Part shown: piece by piece, positions 26,744-40,038 of the stretch
Position numbering within the stretch: position 1 is the first letter of the stretch
How the letters are laid out: each line of letters starts with the position of its first letter
Assembly (NCBI GenBank): GCA_973851085.1
Contig: OZ316775.1
Location: 186,001-250,000 of the forward strand
Direction of reading: 5' to 3'
DNA: 64,000 nucleotides
From: Ptychomitrium polyphyllum
Taxonomy: Eukaryota
Made by a program: the position numbers and the translations under genes
The notes under the pieces: model-generated
Told to the model about the DNA's origin: nothing
The model's input: only the letters and a program-made list of their open reading frames with translations
The model's database searches: none

Positions 26744-29700
26744 TGACCCGCACCTCTCTTTCACAAGTGCCCACAATACTAAGGGCCCAAGGGAAAACCC
26801 GGAGTGAGAGAGAGGCTTGTAGCAGTAACTTCTTCACATCATGTATTGGTTCATTGACTTATGGCAATAAAGTTCAAATACTATGTGTGCAAAGAGAAGA
26901 GTATAAGATGACATCCTAGTCTTGTGCTTGTGCTAAGTTGGTAGAAGAGGGAGAATAGACATGTGAAATCAAATTGGGAAGGGCAAGTAATGGAGACCAA
27001 GGCTTGGAGAGGGATTGGTTAAGAAAAATGCCGATGATGGCAAAGAGCACAGGGCTTCTAAATGACTACGCACGAGGGTGAACAAAGATCCCGATCCGAT
27101 TAATGAAACTCCATCTTTTGATTCCAATGAGTATGGAAATGATATTGGAGTCACCGAGGAAATTGAGGAAACTCAACAAGACGAAGCGTTGGAGGGTGGA
27201 GACTACTCAGGAGCTAGGATTCCTAAGCCACCTGAGGGCCTAGAAAGTCAGGACCCTGACTTGAGTTTTTGGATGAAAATGCTTGAGTTCATGGACGGTC
27301 TGAATCAAGAATTCAAGCGTGGCAAAGAAAAAAGGGCCCGTCAAGAGAGGTTGATTGAGCACTTAATGGCACAAGGTTCCAGGCCCTCATCTTCATCCAA
27401 GAAGTTGGCCAAGATGAACATGCCAAGCACTTTTTTTGGACTAGGTAAAGCGATGAAGGTGAAGGAATTTCTTTTGGAAATGGACAACTATTATGATGTT
27501 CAAAAGCCGGAAGAGGTGGACAAAGTTTCAATTGCAATGACATTTCTAAAAAACTATGTTCTTTAATGTTGGACAAGTAAAAAGGAGCAAGATCCGGAGT
27601 TGGTGGCAACTTTGTCTTGGTTCGGTTTTAAGGAGATTTTGAGTGAACGCTTCACTCCAAAATACCAAGAGTTGAGGGAGGGCATGAACTTAGTGCAAAT
27701 GAAGCACACCCAATATCTCAAGACTTATATGCAAGATTTCAACGCCCAAATGAATGCCACATTCAAAATGGATGAGTTTTGAAAGAAATGCATCTTTTTA
27801 GGTGGGCTTTAAAAGTGGGTGGTGGACGCCTTGTTCAAATTTCCAAAGCTTCCGGAGGACGTGGCGGGAATCATTAAGATTGCAGAAAGAATTGAAGCCA
27901 ATGGACCCAAAAGAAAATCAAATAGGTCTTTTTCAACAAAGTGGATTGAGCCGAAATATATCTCGCGGCGGAGAACGCAACAAATTTGGCTTTCAAAACA
28001 AATACAAGGGACAAGTAGATGGAAGGGTCTACAACAAAGTGGACCATCATGAAAAAAATCCATTCAAATCGAGAGATAACGGTGCTGAGATGAAGCACAA
28101 GCGTTGCCACGGGTGTAGCAAGATAGGTCACTTCATTGCGGAGTGCCCCAATAAAAAAGTGAGTACCAAAGCTTGTCACACTTTTGATGTGGATCACATT
28201 TTAGAAGTTGGATTTGTGGCTAAGGCTAGTAGCCTTAAGCCAAGGTCGAGTCTCTTATACCTTGAGGCCCAAATAAATGGCAAAAATGTCTCATGTTTGA
28301 TTGACACAGGGGCAACGCACTCCTTCATGAGTTCCAAGCTAGCAAGGGAGTTGGGCTTGTCGGCTCAAAAAGCTAGCAAAGCCCATCAACGTGCGATTTA
28401 CAAAAGGCAAACCGTACGAGACGATGAAGGTGGTGTTGGATGTGGCCTTAAGCAGTGGAACATTGGAGTTGAAGGAAAGTTTTACACTATGTGAGATGGA
28501 TGAGGTAGACCTCATTCTAGATGATACCTTTTTCAAAACTCATGTGGTGGATGTGAAGTGAAAGCCAGCACGGTTAGTAGTGCGCCGTGGTGGGAAGGAG
28601 ACAATATTGAAGTTGACTAGGACCCCTATGGTTGCTGGAGGCAAGTTGAACTTAGTCTCCTTAGAACAACTAGAGAATAATCAATTTGTGGTTGTGATGC
28701 GAATGGAGCAAGAAGAGGGGAATAGGCCAAGTGCCAAGGAAGTTAGGACTATTCCCAAGTGCATTCAAAATGTACTAAGTGGTTACAAGGATGTGCTCAC
28801 CAGTGAGCTGCCCGCAGAGTTACCGCCAAAAAGAGAATTGGATCACAAAATTGAAGTGATACCGGGAACGGAGCCTCCTTCTAAGGCTCCATACCGGTTG
28901 AACCAAAAAGAGCTAGAGGAGTTGAAGAAGCAATTGAATGACTTGTTGGAAAGAGGCTATGTTAGGCCAAGTAAGTCGCCATATGGAGCACCGGTCCTCT
29001 TCGTAGACAAAAAGGATGGCAAGCTCCGCATGTGTATCAACTATAGAGCCTTGAATAAAGCCACCATCAAGAACAACTATCCTTTGTCTCGCATTGATGA
29101 CCTCTTTGATAGATTGGCGGGAGCTAAATACTTTAGTCGGATAGACTTGAAGTCGGGCTACTATCAAATCCGCATTGCGGATGAAGATGTGCCAAAGACT
29201 GCATGCCGCACTAGGTATGGGTCCTATGAATTTTTGGTGATGCCATTCGGGTTGTGTAATGCTCCTTCGACGTTCACGACCCTCATGAATACCATCTTTC
29301 GAGAAGAGATGGATGACTTTGTCATTGTTTATATTGATGACATCTTGGTGTACTCCAAGTCGGCGGAAGAACATGCAAGACACCTTAAAGTGGTGCTTCA
29401 AAAACTTAGGGACCACAAACTTTATGCCAACGGAGAAAAGAGTGAGTTTGCTCAACTTGAAATTGAGTTCTTGGGCCATATAGTGACAGATGATGGAATC
29501 AAGCCGGACATAAGGAAGATAAAGGCAATTAGAGAGTGGAAACAACCTTCTACACAAAAAGGAGTGAGATCATTTCTTGGCCTAGCAAATTATTATAGGA
29601 GGTTCATACGCAACTTCTCCAAAATTGCTAGACCTTTGTCCGACTTATTGAAGAAAGGAGCTAGCCAAATATGGGATGGATTTTGTCACCAAGCTTTTAA

Positions 29701-32700
29701 AGAACTCAAGGACAAATTGTCACAACTACCGGTATTGAAGTTTCCCAAGTTTGAAAAGCCCTTTGAGGTCCAGACGGATGCAAGGGACTTTGCCATTAGC
29801 GTAGTGCTCATGCAAGAAGGCATGCTATTTGCCTATGAGAGCAAGAAGTTGGATAGGTGCCAAAAGAGGTGGCCCATGCACAAGAAAGAACTCTTTGCCG
29901 TAGTGCATTGTTTAAAAACATGGCGGCACTACTTGGACCTACATAAAACCAAAGTCTACACGGACAATGTGTCCTTGAAGTACTTTATGTCACAAGCACA
30001 AATGAGTGCAAAACAATTGAGGTGGCACGACACCTTGGCATTCATGAATGTGGATTTGATCCACAAGCCGGGGCGTGACAATGTAGTGCAAGATGCTTTA
30101 AGTAAGCAGGAAGAGTTGCAAGCGATGGGCACAACCCAAGTCCTGCAAGTAATGTACAAGGGAGAAGGCAATTTGGAAAGGAAGATAAGAGAGGGGTACA
30201 TGAAGGACTCCAAAGCACAAAGGCTTCTTGGTGAGCTTAAAAATGATAAGAAACTTAAGGAAATTAAGTTGGAGAAGGAATCGCTCAAGTACAAACAAAG
30301 TCGGGTGTATGTGCCTCAAGGAAAACTACGGTTGTTGGTTTTGAAAGAAGAACATGATAGTTCCATAGCCAGCCATAGAGGAGAAAAAACCACCATAGCG
30401 GCGGTGTCAAGAAGGTACCATTGGCCGGGTATGAAAGCGGACAACACCAACTTTGTAAAAACTTGTGTGAAGTGCCAAATCAATAGAGCCTCTTATCAAA
30501 AGCAAGCCGGTCTATTACAACCTTTGCCGATTCCGCCGGATCCATGGCATAACGTGTCTATGGACTTCATCACAAGTCATCCAGAGTCGCAAGGACATGA
30601 TGCCATCTTTGTGATGGTGGATTGTTTTAGCAAGTTGGCACACATGGTATCAACTAATAGAAATGTAATTGCACATGAGACCGCAAAGCTATTCCTCAAT
30701 GCATGGTGGAAACATCACGGGTTGCCGAGAGTGATTGTGTTGGACCAAGATCCAAAATTCACTAGTGCTTTTTGGAAACATTTCTTTAGGAAAGTTGGAA
30801 CCAAATTGACGTTTAGCGCTGCTTTCCATCTTCAAATAGATGGGCAAACGGAACGAGTGAACGGAGTCTTGAACCAATACTTGAGGAACTTTGTGAGTGC
30901 GGACTAATGCAATTGGGTGGAGAATGTGAGCTTAGCGGAGTTCAGTTACAATGCGGCCAGCCATTTGGCAACAAAGCAATCGCCATTTAAGGTGGCCTAT
31001 GGAGTGGAGCCACTCCAGCCTGCCGACTTAGCTCTTAAAGGTGCACATTCAACACTAGAGTTTAACCAAGATGGTAAGGACTTGGCCAAAAAGCGGGAAC
31101 AAATGTTGGAAAAGACCAAGCTTTTGTTGGAAAAGGCATAAAAGCTGTACAAGAAACAAGTCAATGCCAGAAGACGTGAAGTGGAGTATAAAGGAGGCCA
31201 AAAGGTGTTGTTGAATGTCAAGAACTTTAGCTTGCCCAAAGGCCTCACTCCAAAGTTCATGTCCAAGTTTGCGGGGCCGTTTTCCATTGTGGAGCGAATG
31301 TTTAAAGATGTGTACAAGTTGGAGCTACCACCCAAAATCAAAGTGCACCCAAAATTTCATGTCTCACTCCTTAAGCCATTCAAAAAAGATACCTTATGGC
31401 CCAATCACAAGCAAGTGATTCGGCCACCGCCGGAATTGGTGGGCGACCACTTGGAATACAAAGTAGAAGGAATTCACAAGTATAGGCACCACAAGAAAAT
31501 AGAAAAAGATTATTTGGTGAAGTAGAGAGGGTACCACGAAAAGGAAGCAACTTGGATAGCGGCCAAGGATTTGGGTAATGCCAATGAAGTGGTGGAACAC
31601 TTTGAAAGGGATAGGAACTCCAACAAAAGACAACGTCACCATTGATGAGGACATCAATCTCTTTTAGTGGGAAGAGAGAGGCTTGTAGTAGTAACTGCTT
31701 CACATCATGTATTGGTTCTTTGACTTATGGCAATAAAGTTCAACTTTTGTGTGTGCAAAGAGAAGAGTGTAAGATGACGTCCTAGCCTTGTGCTTGTGCT
31801 AAGTTGATAGAAAAAGAGGAATAGACATGTGAAACCAAGTTGGGAAGGCCGAGTAATGGGGATCAAGGCTTGGAAGAGGAATGGGTAAAATCATAAAACC
31901 TCTTAGTCTCGGGCTTGTCCGAGCGAGGATAAGGTAATGGCGCGTGCTTATAAAAGCGCCATTCCTACAAACTATCAAAAGTTAGTGCATGGGAGTCATG
32001 AACCCATGTCTCAAAAGAGATAGTGGGATTCAGGTTGGGCGGAACGTGGCATTACCCCCGTGCGATCAAGTTGTGGAATAAAAGCCATTTTGGGTTTGCA
32101 ACCAAGAAAAGTTGGTGAAGCATTGAGGTCCATCCTAGTTAGGAAGGAAGAGTTAGGGAAGTGTAGCCTAACTGGAGAGTCTATTCCAAGAGGGTCTCAA
32201 AGTAGGTAGGTCTAGAATAGTTTAAGGCTTCAAGAATTTTGTCTAGGGTGCCTAAACAAACCACCTCCTAAACGACACCTTTGAGACTTTGCCAAAGATT
32301 TATGAATGCATTGTGGAGGTCGCATCCTGGATGAAACACAATGCTGCACCACTAGAGGAGGGCAACTTTGGAATTGGTGTGCCGACTAAAGGTATAGTCG
32401 ATGAGGGCATCAACTCCATTAAGGTGGAGGTGAGTGTCGTGCACCTCTCTTTCAAGAGAACCCACAATACTAAGGGCACATGGGGGAGCCTGAAGTGTCA
32501 TCTAGGACTTGTGGCGCCGATAGTGAGGAGAACCAAGTGGGCCTCGCGTGGAAAAGACTTCGAGGGAGAGATATATCCTTGCCCATGTAGACCGAGGGCC
32601 ACGAGGGATAAATTGTAGGCATTGGAGGAATTACAAAGAGGTGATTCTAGAATGCTAAAGATTGCCCAAATCGGACAAGGGAGCTTAAAGTTATGGCATT

Positions 32701-33577
32701 CCAAAGTTGGAGTTGCCAAGGGGCTGTTCTGGACTGTGGCAGTCCTAGATAGTAAATATACTGGACTAGGACAATTCAAGGAGAAATGCCCTAGGAGTTG
32801 CAAACCTTGGAAGAGGCATATCTCCCACAATACTAAGTCAAATCGAACATTTGAGGAGTCTATCAGCATCTACGCAAAGAGTAAATGACAATAGAGTGGT
32901 TGCTCAATAGATTCAAATACTAGACGTGGAAGATATGGATCCTTGAAGGTCCGTAGGAAGTTCTAGAGGCTTCCAGCTGCTAAGTTCCAAGCGAGATTGA
33001 GTGGTCTTCCAAATTTTTGGGTGTGTCGAGGTTCAGCGAGCTATAGAGGGCCAAGGTGCCTGCCGAATCCCATAGAGAGTACTATAGAGGAGGGCTAGTT
33101 TTCCTTCCCACTCCCGAAGTGTCTTGCTAGGAACCAAGGATGAGTCCCGGTTGGTGGAGCTAGTGTTGAGGCTTCACCACAGGGACTCCTACACATTATG
33201 AGTTGATGGATGACCGGTTTTACGAAAGGAACTAGTAAGTTCAAAAGGGCATATTTGTTACCACTAAGTTGGGGTGGTGTCTTCACGCTGGCACCATAAT
33301 GGCTCGAGGTAATCTTAGGATCATATCGAGATCATGAGTGGTACTAATGAGACACCACTAAGTGCAGTTAGGTCGTGTAGAATGGAAGTAACACCAAGTG
33401 AGGCCTTGGACATGAATGGAAGTCTGCACTTAACCATTGGCTATCAATCAATTGGGTGTCCTAAGAGAATTGAAAGAGGGACTAGGAGAGTAAAAATGGG
33501 AATTAACCATGTGCATGTGGGATATATAGGGTTGACGCGCGTGACGTTTCTTAAAGTGCATTTTAAGGGTTGCGACA
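26744..33577 (+). mobile_element. Chromoviral Gypsy element C (possibly Galadriel-like), near full length, 5' LTR mostly lost
   Basis: gag from ~27078, zinc knuckle CHGCSKIGHFIAEC, protease LIDTGATHSF, and a 775-aa RT-RH-INT ORF at 28580-30907 ([20 protein letters not shown]). GPF motif and chromodomain run to ~31645. 3' LTR 32435-33577 (TG...CA). Degenerate TSD GGGAG/GGAAA. Several stops and frameshifts. The clade call is tentative. Confidence 0.88.
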
Positions 33578-36500
33578 GGAAATCCCCGTGGTGAAGCCTC
33601 AACATTAGTTCCACCAACAGAGACTCAGCTTTTATTCCTATCGGGACACTAGGGGAGTGGTGAGGGGCACCAGCCCTCCTTTATAGTACTTTCTGTGGGA
33701 TTTAATAGACTCCCTGGCCCTCTATAGCTAGCTGAACCCCAATATACCGAAAACTTTGGAAGACCATCCAATCTCCTTTGGGACTTAGCCGCTAAAAGCC
33801 TTCGGGACTTCCTACGGATAGACTCCTCAAACGTTCAATTTGACTTAGTATTGTGGGAGATATGCCTCTCCCAAGGTTTGGAACTCTCAAGGAGTCCCTC
33901 CCTGCATTGTCCTTATCCAGCATAATTATAGTCTAGGGCTGCTACAGTCCAAAACAGCGCTTGGCAGCCACAACTTTGGGGTGCCATATCCTTTAGCTCT
34001 CTTGTCCAATTTGAGCAATCTTTAGCATTCTCGAATCAATTTATCGTGAGTCTTCCAATACCTACAATTTCTCCATCGTGGCCCTCAGTCTATATGGGCA
34101 AAGATATCTCTCCTTCTTGGGATCTTTTCCACGCTAGGCCCACTCGGTTCACCTTACTATCAGCGCAATATTTCCCACAAGTCCTAGACGTCACTCCGGG
34201 GTCTCCCTTGTGCCTTTAGTGTTGCGGGCACTCCTGAAGGAGAGGTTTGCAACACTGATGGAATCTCCAATTTGAACAAGGCATCTTTTTTTGTCTAATT
34301 CAATCCTTCTGGCCTTATCTTTTATTCCTTATTTCAGCTCTTTATTTGTAATATATCTTGGACATGTTTTATTTTGCATTCTAGAAACCAAAAGCCTTGT
34401 TTTATGAATACTCTGTCCGTAACTCAAAATTCCCTATACCATCATCTTCTATTACTTCTTATATAACTATTCTTCCTTTTTCTTTCAGTAATCTTACACT
34501 ACCCCACCTTTTTTCTACTTATAACCCTCTATTCAACCTCCACCTCCTCCTACTGCTACACTTACATGTACAATATGCAACCATAACATTCCATATATAA
34601 AACATAATTTTTACAGTCTCTTGAAGGCTATTCATTATAAGCTCCAAACCTTATTTTTATTAATAGAAACTTAAGCTAGTTTTGAACAACTAATTTTACA
34701 TGCCAAAACATCATGGATGAGCAAAATCGGCTAACAACGCAACTCCAACAACTATTAACTAATTGCAATACATCCAATTGCCTCTTGCGCCGCATTGAGG
34801 CTCAAGTCCAATCCTTGACGTTGGAACAAAGTCAAAACCATCAGATCATTTAGACCCAACAACAACTCATCACCAAACTCACTATCCAATTGGAGCTCCA
34901 CTTAAAAGAATCTATTCAACCTTCGCAGCCAACCCCCTCTTGAAACCAAGCTTCAACAGTAGATCAAACAGCTGATTACTAAGTGTGCCCACTATCAGCA
35001 GCAAGTAAAGACTAGCGAGGTCCTTCACCGACAAACAAATTACCGGTACCAAAAGGCGCGCAAATAACTTACAAAGAATTTCTAGCATCTCCATAACGCT
35101 TACATTGCTATTTATAATCAAGAACGTTATCATTCTCCACTACCAACAAAGCTTTCCAGGTTGAAAAGATAATCTTCGAATAATGGAATCTCGTGTTTTT
35201 TCTATCTCCATGATTTGGATAACAAGTATTTTGATAGTTTAACAATAGTTCTTAATCAACTTGTGACTGACATCTCAAGTAGTTTCAATCCTCCTCTCTC
35301 TACCACTTCTCGTCTCTTACCAATCTCCACCAATTTCTTAATACCAAATTCTTTCTTTTTTGCTGATACCAATCTATCTACACTTCTATAAGGCAACAAC
35401 TTCTTTCTCTTTCTACCGTTCCTACTACCATCCTTCCTTCCTCTTCCAACTGTGTTCTTCCTTCTATGCGCCAGACACCTCGTTGACTTCAACTTTAAGA
35501 GATGTCCAAATAATTAATTTTTTTAGTTTTATTGAAGTTAACTTAATTTAGAAGGAGCATAATGATACAGGCCTATTAGATATTATACTCAACACTACCA
35601 GACTTCTTTTAATAAAAACTATTAGACATCCTCCAACAGTTACTACTATATGATAGTATTAGTCTATTAATTTGAACAATGGATGTGGATCCATAATTAT
35701 GGAATTTGAAAAATAATTTTTAAATCCTCAACTAAAAAAATTAAAAGTGTATTGAAGTTTTATTCTTGAAACTAATGGAATATGAATCAATTATATCTTA
35801 ATGAATTTCAATTCTTATGTATATCCTTTTGTTATTACAAACTTTCTTGTATTTTCATTTCTTAATATTTTAGCTACCACTACTTTTGTATCCAATAGTA
35901 ATAAATTATAGATTTTTTCAAATGTTTTTTTATTGTTGATTATTCTAAATCAGTAACTTCTGGTCTTTTACTATTTAGTAGTTAAATGCATAATAGTTTC
36001 CAATCTAACTTATATTTACTAACTACTTTAAATTGGAGAATTATTCCTTGTGTCTTAATACAACCAATGATTTATTTATATTAGATGTGAATTTTTAATA
36101 ACCACTTGATTTGCATAGTAAATCCCTCAAAAGATAACTACATTATAAATGGAGTCTCTTAGTGTTATTTAGGCCTATTTCTAACTATTAATATCATTTT
36201 TTAAAATTTTAAGCAAAAACAACAAAATGAGCTCATTTGACAGCTTACATATTTAGTGCAAAGATGAAGATTATAATTAATTTTAAGATGATAAGATATT
36301 TTATTAATAGATGTATTATAATTTTAAAATTAATATCTTTGAACTATTAAATTCTCTTTATATTCCAAAATTTTATTTTTATTTTTATTTTTGGTTTTAA
36401 TAATTTTTTGTTTATTACATATTTATAATAGAACATGAATTCTTTTTGAACTTATATATTATGGGCGGTCAAATTTGACAATTTGTATATTTTAATGGCT

Positions 36501-38105
36501 TTTAATCTTGTTTTTTGGCTGTAAAGAATTTGTATAATGTATCTTCTTATTCTTACATGTATAATTTGTACCTTTGGATTATCAAACAAGGTTTAAAAAT
36601 GGTCATCTACAGTGCATTGAAAATTCTGATTTGAATATAATAATGTAGTGAATGTTTTTTAATATTTTATTTAAAATTATTGTTTTATTCCAAATGATTA
36701 ATTTGATAATTTTTGTTTTATAGGAGCTTCTGATTGTATTTAAGATTAAAACTTTAACTTTGATGAATACATTAGAACATAATAGAAATACAAATTAAAA
36801 AATTATAAATTTCAATTTAATTATTACATTCATAATTTTGAATTATTGTTGTATATTATTAAAATTTTGGTTGTTTTTGTGAATTGCCAAATTATTCTTA
36901 CTTGCTATTACAATTATAAAAACTTGTTGACAATTGTGCTTTCTATAATTTCTTCTTATTTCACCTTATCATTATCTTTTCAACGTCCTTGCATCTTCAA
37001 AAAGTTCCTTCTTTTTTTGCTTATTAAAAAATTGTGCATTTCTTTTTTTTCATATAATAGAACTAGGTTTTGGATGATTTATAGTATTTTTCATTTTATT
37101 TTGTAGATTTTGTATTTTTTTCAATTAAATATGTGCCTTGATAACAAATTTTTGATTTTGGTGTAAATAACGTTGATTTCATATGGAATTTTGTTTTAAA
37201 AACAAACTTGGATGTTTGGGATCTAGATCTAATATGTAGAAATTTCATGTTTTGCTATGTCCAAAAAACATTCTTATGTCTGTCTTATATTTTAATAATT
37301 ACAAAATGATATTATTGAGGCATTCCAATTTTATTTAAAAGCTTCACAAATCAATGGCAAGAACCATCAATAGCATCGTGATTTTTATAAACATTCAGCA
37401 ATGGACATCCTATATTTTTCTATAAACTTGCTCCCATATTAGACATAAAACTTTTATAATGACAATGCTATTGATTTTAAAATTCAAGTTGAGTCATTCA
37501 ATCAAAGAAGAGTCAGATATTAAATAAACTCCAAAACATTCATATGTGCGATGCTTTGTGTTGGAATACAAACAATTATTTTGCAATTCACTTGATCAAA
37601 TAAAAGTGGATCAATGGACTGGGAGCGAGCAATCTGAATATTTTCAAGAAGATTTTCAACTTTGAAATTGCTAAAATCCAGTGCTCCAATCATGTTTATT
37701 AACATTAAGCTGCTCGTATCTTCTGAATCATGTCAGTATTTTATCAATTTGGGTTTTCCATTGAATATGCACAATGAAGTATGGAAGAGCAGGATCCTAG
37801 TGGGTGGTGAGAAAGGAAAGACGAGCAAAGAATGGAGGGGAAGGCCAAGCCTTGGTGCGACGTGGGTCTCGAGGAAAATTTTGTTGTGAATGTGATGGAT
37901 GAGCAAACTGGATTGTAGGTGATGCAAATCAGATGACTTCCACGGGTCCTCAAACTAGGACCTTAGCCGCTGTGGCTTTCATCTGGTGTCCATCCGGTGT
38001 TCATCCCGTGTTCATCCTAGTAACTCCCAGCTTAAGGGGTATCTTGCCAAGGCTGGCCTCGGATAACTCTAATGGACCTGTCTATCAGAGGGCAAGTAAC
38101 ATACG

Positions 38106-38154
38106 GTAAGTTACTACGGTACAGAGGGAGTAAGTTACTACGGTACAGAGGGAG
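38106..38154. repeat. 24-bp perfect tandem duplication upstream of ENY2
   Basis: gtaagttactacggtacagaggga x2. Confidence 0.9.
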
Positions 38155-38348
38155 AAGAAGGAACTCGGTGCACTAGGGCACATAAGTTAGGGGAGCCTGG
38201 AGGGAAGGAGCGGCTCACCAGTGCATGATTGGGCATAGGTGGTGGTAACTTACGACTCACGTGAGATTAAAAACAGCAAAGCGGAGCTCGGAGGGGAAGG
38301 GTGACGGAGTCGAAAACGACGACGAAGGCGAAGGAGATGAACCCGAGA

Positions 38349-38357
38349 TTAGGGTTT
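38349..38357 (-). promoter_or_regulatory. Telo-box (AAACCCTAA) in the ENY2 upstream/5' region
   Basis: ttagggttt at 38349-38357, in a GC-rich island upstream of the ATG. Function is inferred from motif and position only. Confidence 0.45.
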
Positions 38358-38748
38358 GGAGCTCATCACTTCCATCGCCGTCGCCCTCGCCGTCGCCTAC
38401 TTGGCGTGTAAACTTCGCACCCCCTTCACGTCCAGGGCTCGCTTACCGTGCTTTTCGACTCTCAAGCATCCCAAACCTCCACGACGCGCTCGGATCGCTC
38501 GCTCTAGCGTTGCACGTGCACGTACATGTGCATGTTCTCCCCACGGTGCTGTAGGGTGCTCGTTTGGTTGGTGTGCCTCTGCTGCGAGAGCATCATGATT
38601 TCTGTGTTGGTCAATTGCTCTGAGAGAGATCCCCAGGTTGATTGATGGTGCCGCTGAGATACCGCTTTCTGTCATTCTCATCGCGAGCTCACTCAACGTG
38701 TTGCCGCTGTTTAGAATCAGCCAAGTCTTGTGTGCGCCTCTTCCGGCC

Positions 38749-40038
38749 ATGTGAGTGGGTGGGACCCGGGGGTTGTTCTAGGGTTTGTGGCTGGTTAGGG
38801 GATTCTAGGGTGGTGTTGTTGTGGGGTCTTTTGTGTTCCGTTGGGATGGTGTGGTGCAGTTTTAAGGGGGCAATGTGAGGGGAGAGGAGGGACTGATTGG
38901 GACTGGTTTTTATTGTCGTGGTGGTGGTTCAGGAGGGCATCGGTGAATAGGCCGCCGACACCGGATGGTGATGAAGAGAGGGACCCGCAGCCTACTCTTC
39001 AGGAGATCATAAACATCAAGGTCGATTACCTCCGCTTTTTGCGATGATCAGAATTCTGTACCTCTCCTGTGAGGTTGCGGGAGGTTATGCATCTGCAGTT
39101 TGCTTGAGACTCGGTTACAGCTCGTCATACACTGGTTGGTTCGAATTTGTTCTTAAGCCCGTCCGTGGTGGAGTCGTCTGCTTGGGGTGAAGGGGAAGCA
39201 GTGGAACAGCACTTAGTGTGGCGGCCTTCTCACATAAATTTGGTTTGATGGATGCAGTTGATAGAAAGCGGGGAGAAAGAAAGATTGAAGGAGTTGTTGC
39301 GGGAACGGCTTATTGAATGTGGCTGGAGGGATGAACTAAAGGCCCAATGCAGGTATGGATGCCCTTGCACTTAAACCTCCACCTCCTCGCGATGCATTTA
39401 AACGAGTTTTCTGGTGATGCCTATATCAACAGGTGCCGCATAATTCGCTTTGTGAAGATTCCTGAGGTTTGAAAGCGTTTACCGTAATTTTGTACCGGAA
39501 TGTACTTGAACCTTTGCTCGTCTAGACGATGTTTAAAAAGATTGCGTCATATCTGGTCGATTCGTGCTACATTTAGTTTTCAGTGTTTATTTTAGAAGCT
39601 TACATGTTGCTTTGGAATATGTTCGGATTGTGTGGTCGGCAGGGCGTTCACAAGAAAGAAAGGTCGCAATAACATTACTGTGGACGAGCTTGTTCGTACA
39701 ATTACCCCTAAAGGCCGAGGTGCGTTCATTTAACATGCTTACAAGATGTCTGATATTTCTGCTATAACCCCAGTGAGGAGTGCGGGGATGTCTGATGTTT
39801 CATTCAAGGTCACCTGGAGTCCCTGTCTTGGATCACATATATATATCTTCGGCACCTTCCAAGCTCGGGTGACATGAGTAGAGATGGCAGAGAGGCGTCT
39901 AGTACTTTGCAAGGGCTACTGTCGTAGAGGGGGTTGTTGGCTCATGTGGAACGGACTGTTGCAGCCATGGTGCCCGATAACGTGAAAGCGGAACTATTGC
40001 AGCGCATCCGGGCATTTCTTTTAACCGATCCCGCCTAA
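38749..40038 (+). CDS. ENY2: Transcription and mRNA export factor ENY2/SUS1 (SAGA DUB module / TREX-2), ~111 aa
   Basis: GT-AG exons 38749-38750 (AT), 38933-39020, 39258-39352, 39643-39719, 39965-40038, total 336 nt. Translation: [12 protein letters not shown]...[40 protein letters not shown]...[42 protein letters not shown] and ITPKGRA.VPD are ENY2 family motifs. Confidence 0.93.

Larger units (their letters stand above)
26259..34254 (-). mobile_element. Solo LTR (26259-26743 + 33583-34254) inserted in the 3' LTR of element A, itself split by element C
   Basis: Perfect TSD CTGAT (26254-26258, 34255-34259). TGTTGC...GCAACA termini. The two halves join to match solo LTR 14556-15719. Confidence 0.9.
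11974..34440 (+). mobile_element. Decayed chromoviral Gypsy element A (Tcn1-like by motif style) hosting several nested insertions
   Basis: 5' LTR ~11974-12415 (tgtcacggac...), degenerate Met-type PBS (atatcagagc), gag (EPKISLPKKFDG), zinc-knuckle remnant, RT (KNRYPLP), RNase H (EINYKIHNKEFLAIV), integrase (FHPQIDGQTEQVNQ), chromodomain and PPT. The 3' LTR starts at 26002, is split at 26258/34260 and ends near 34440 (approximate). Many stops and frameshifts. Confidence 0.85.
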
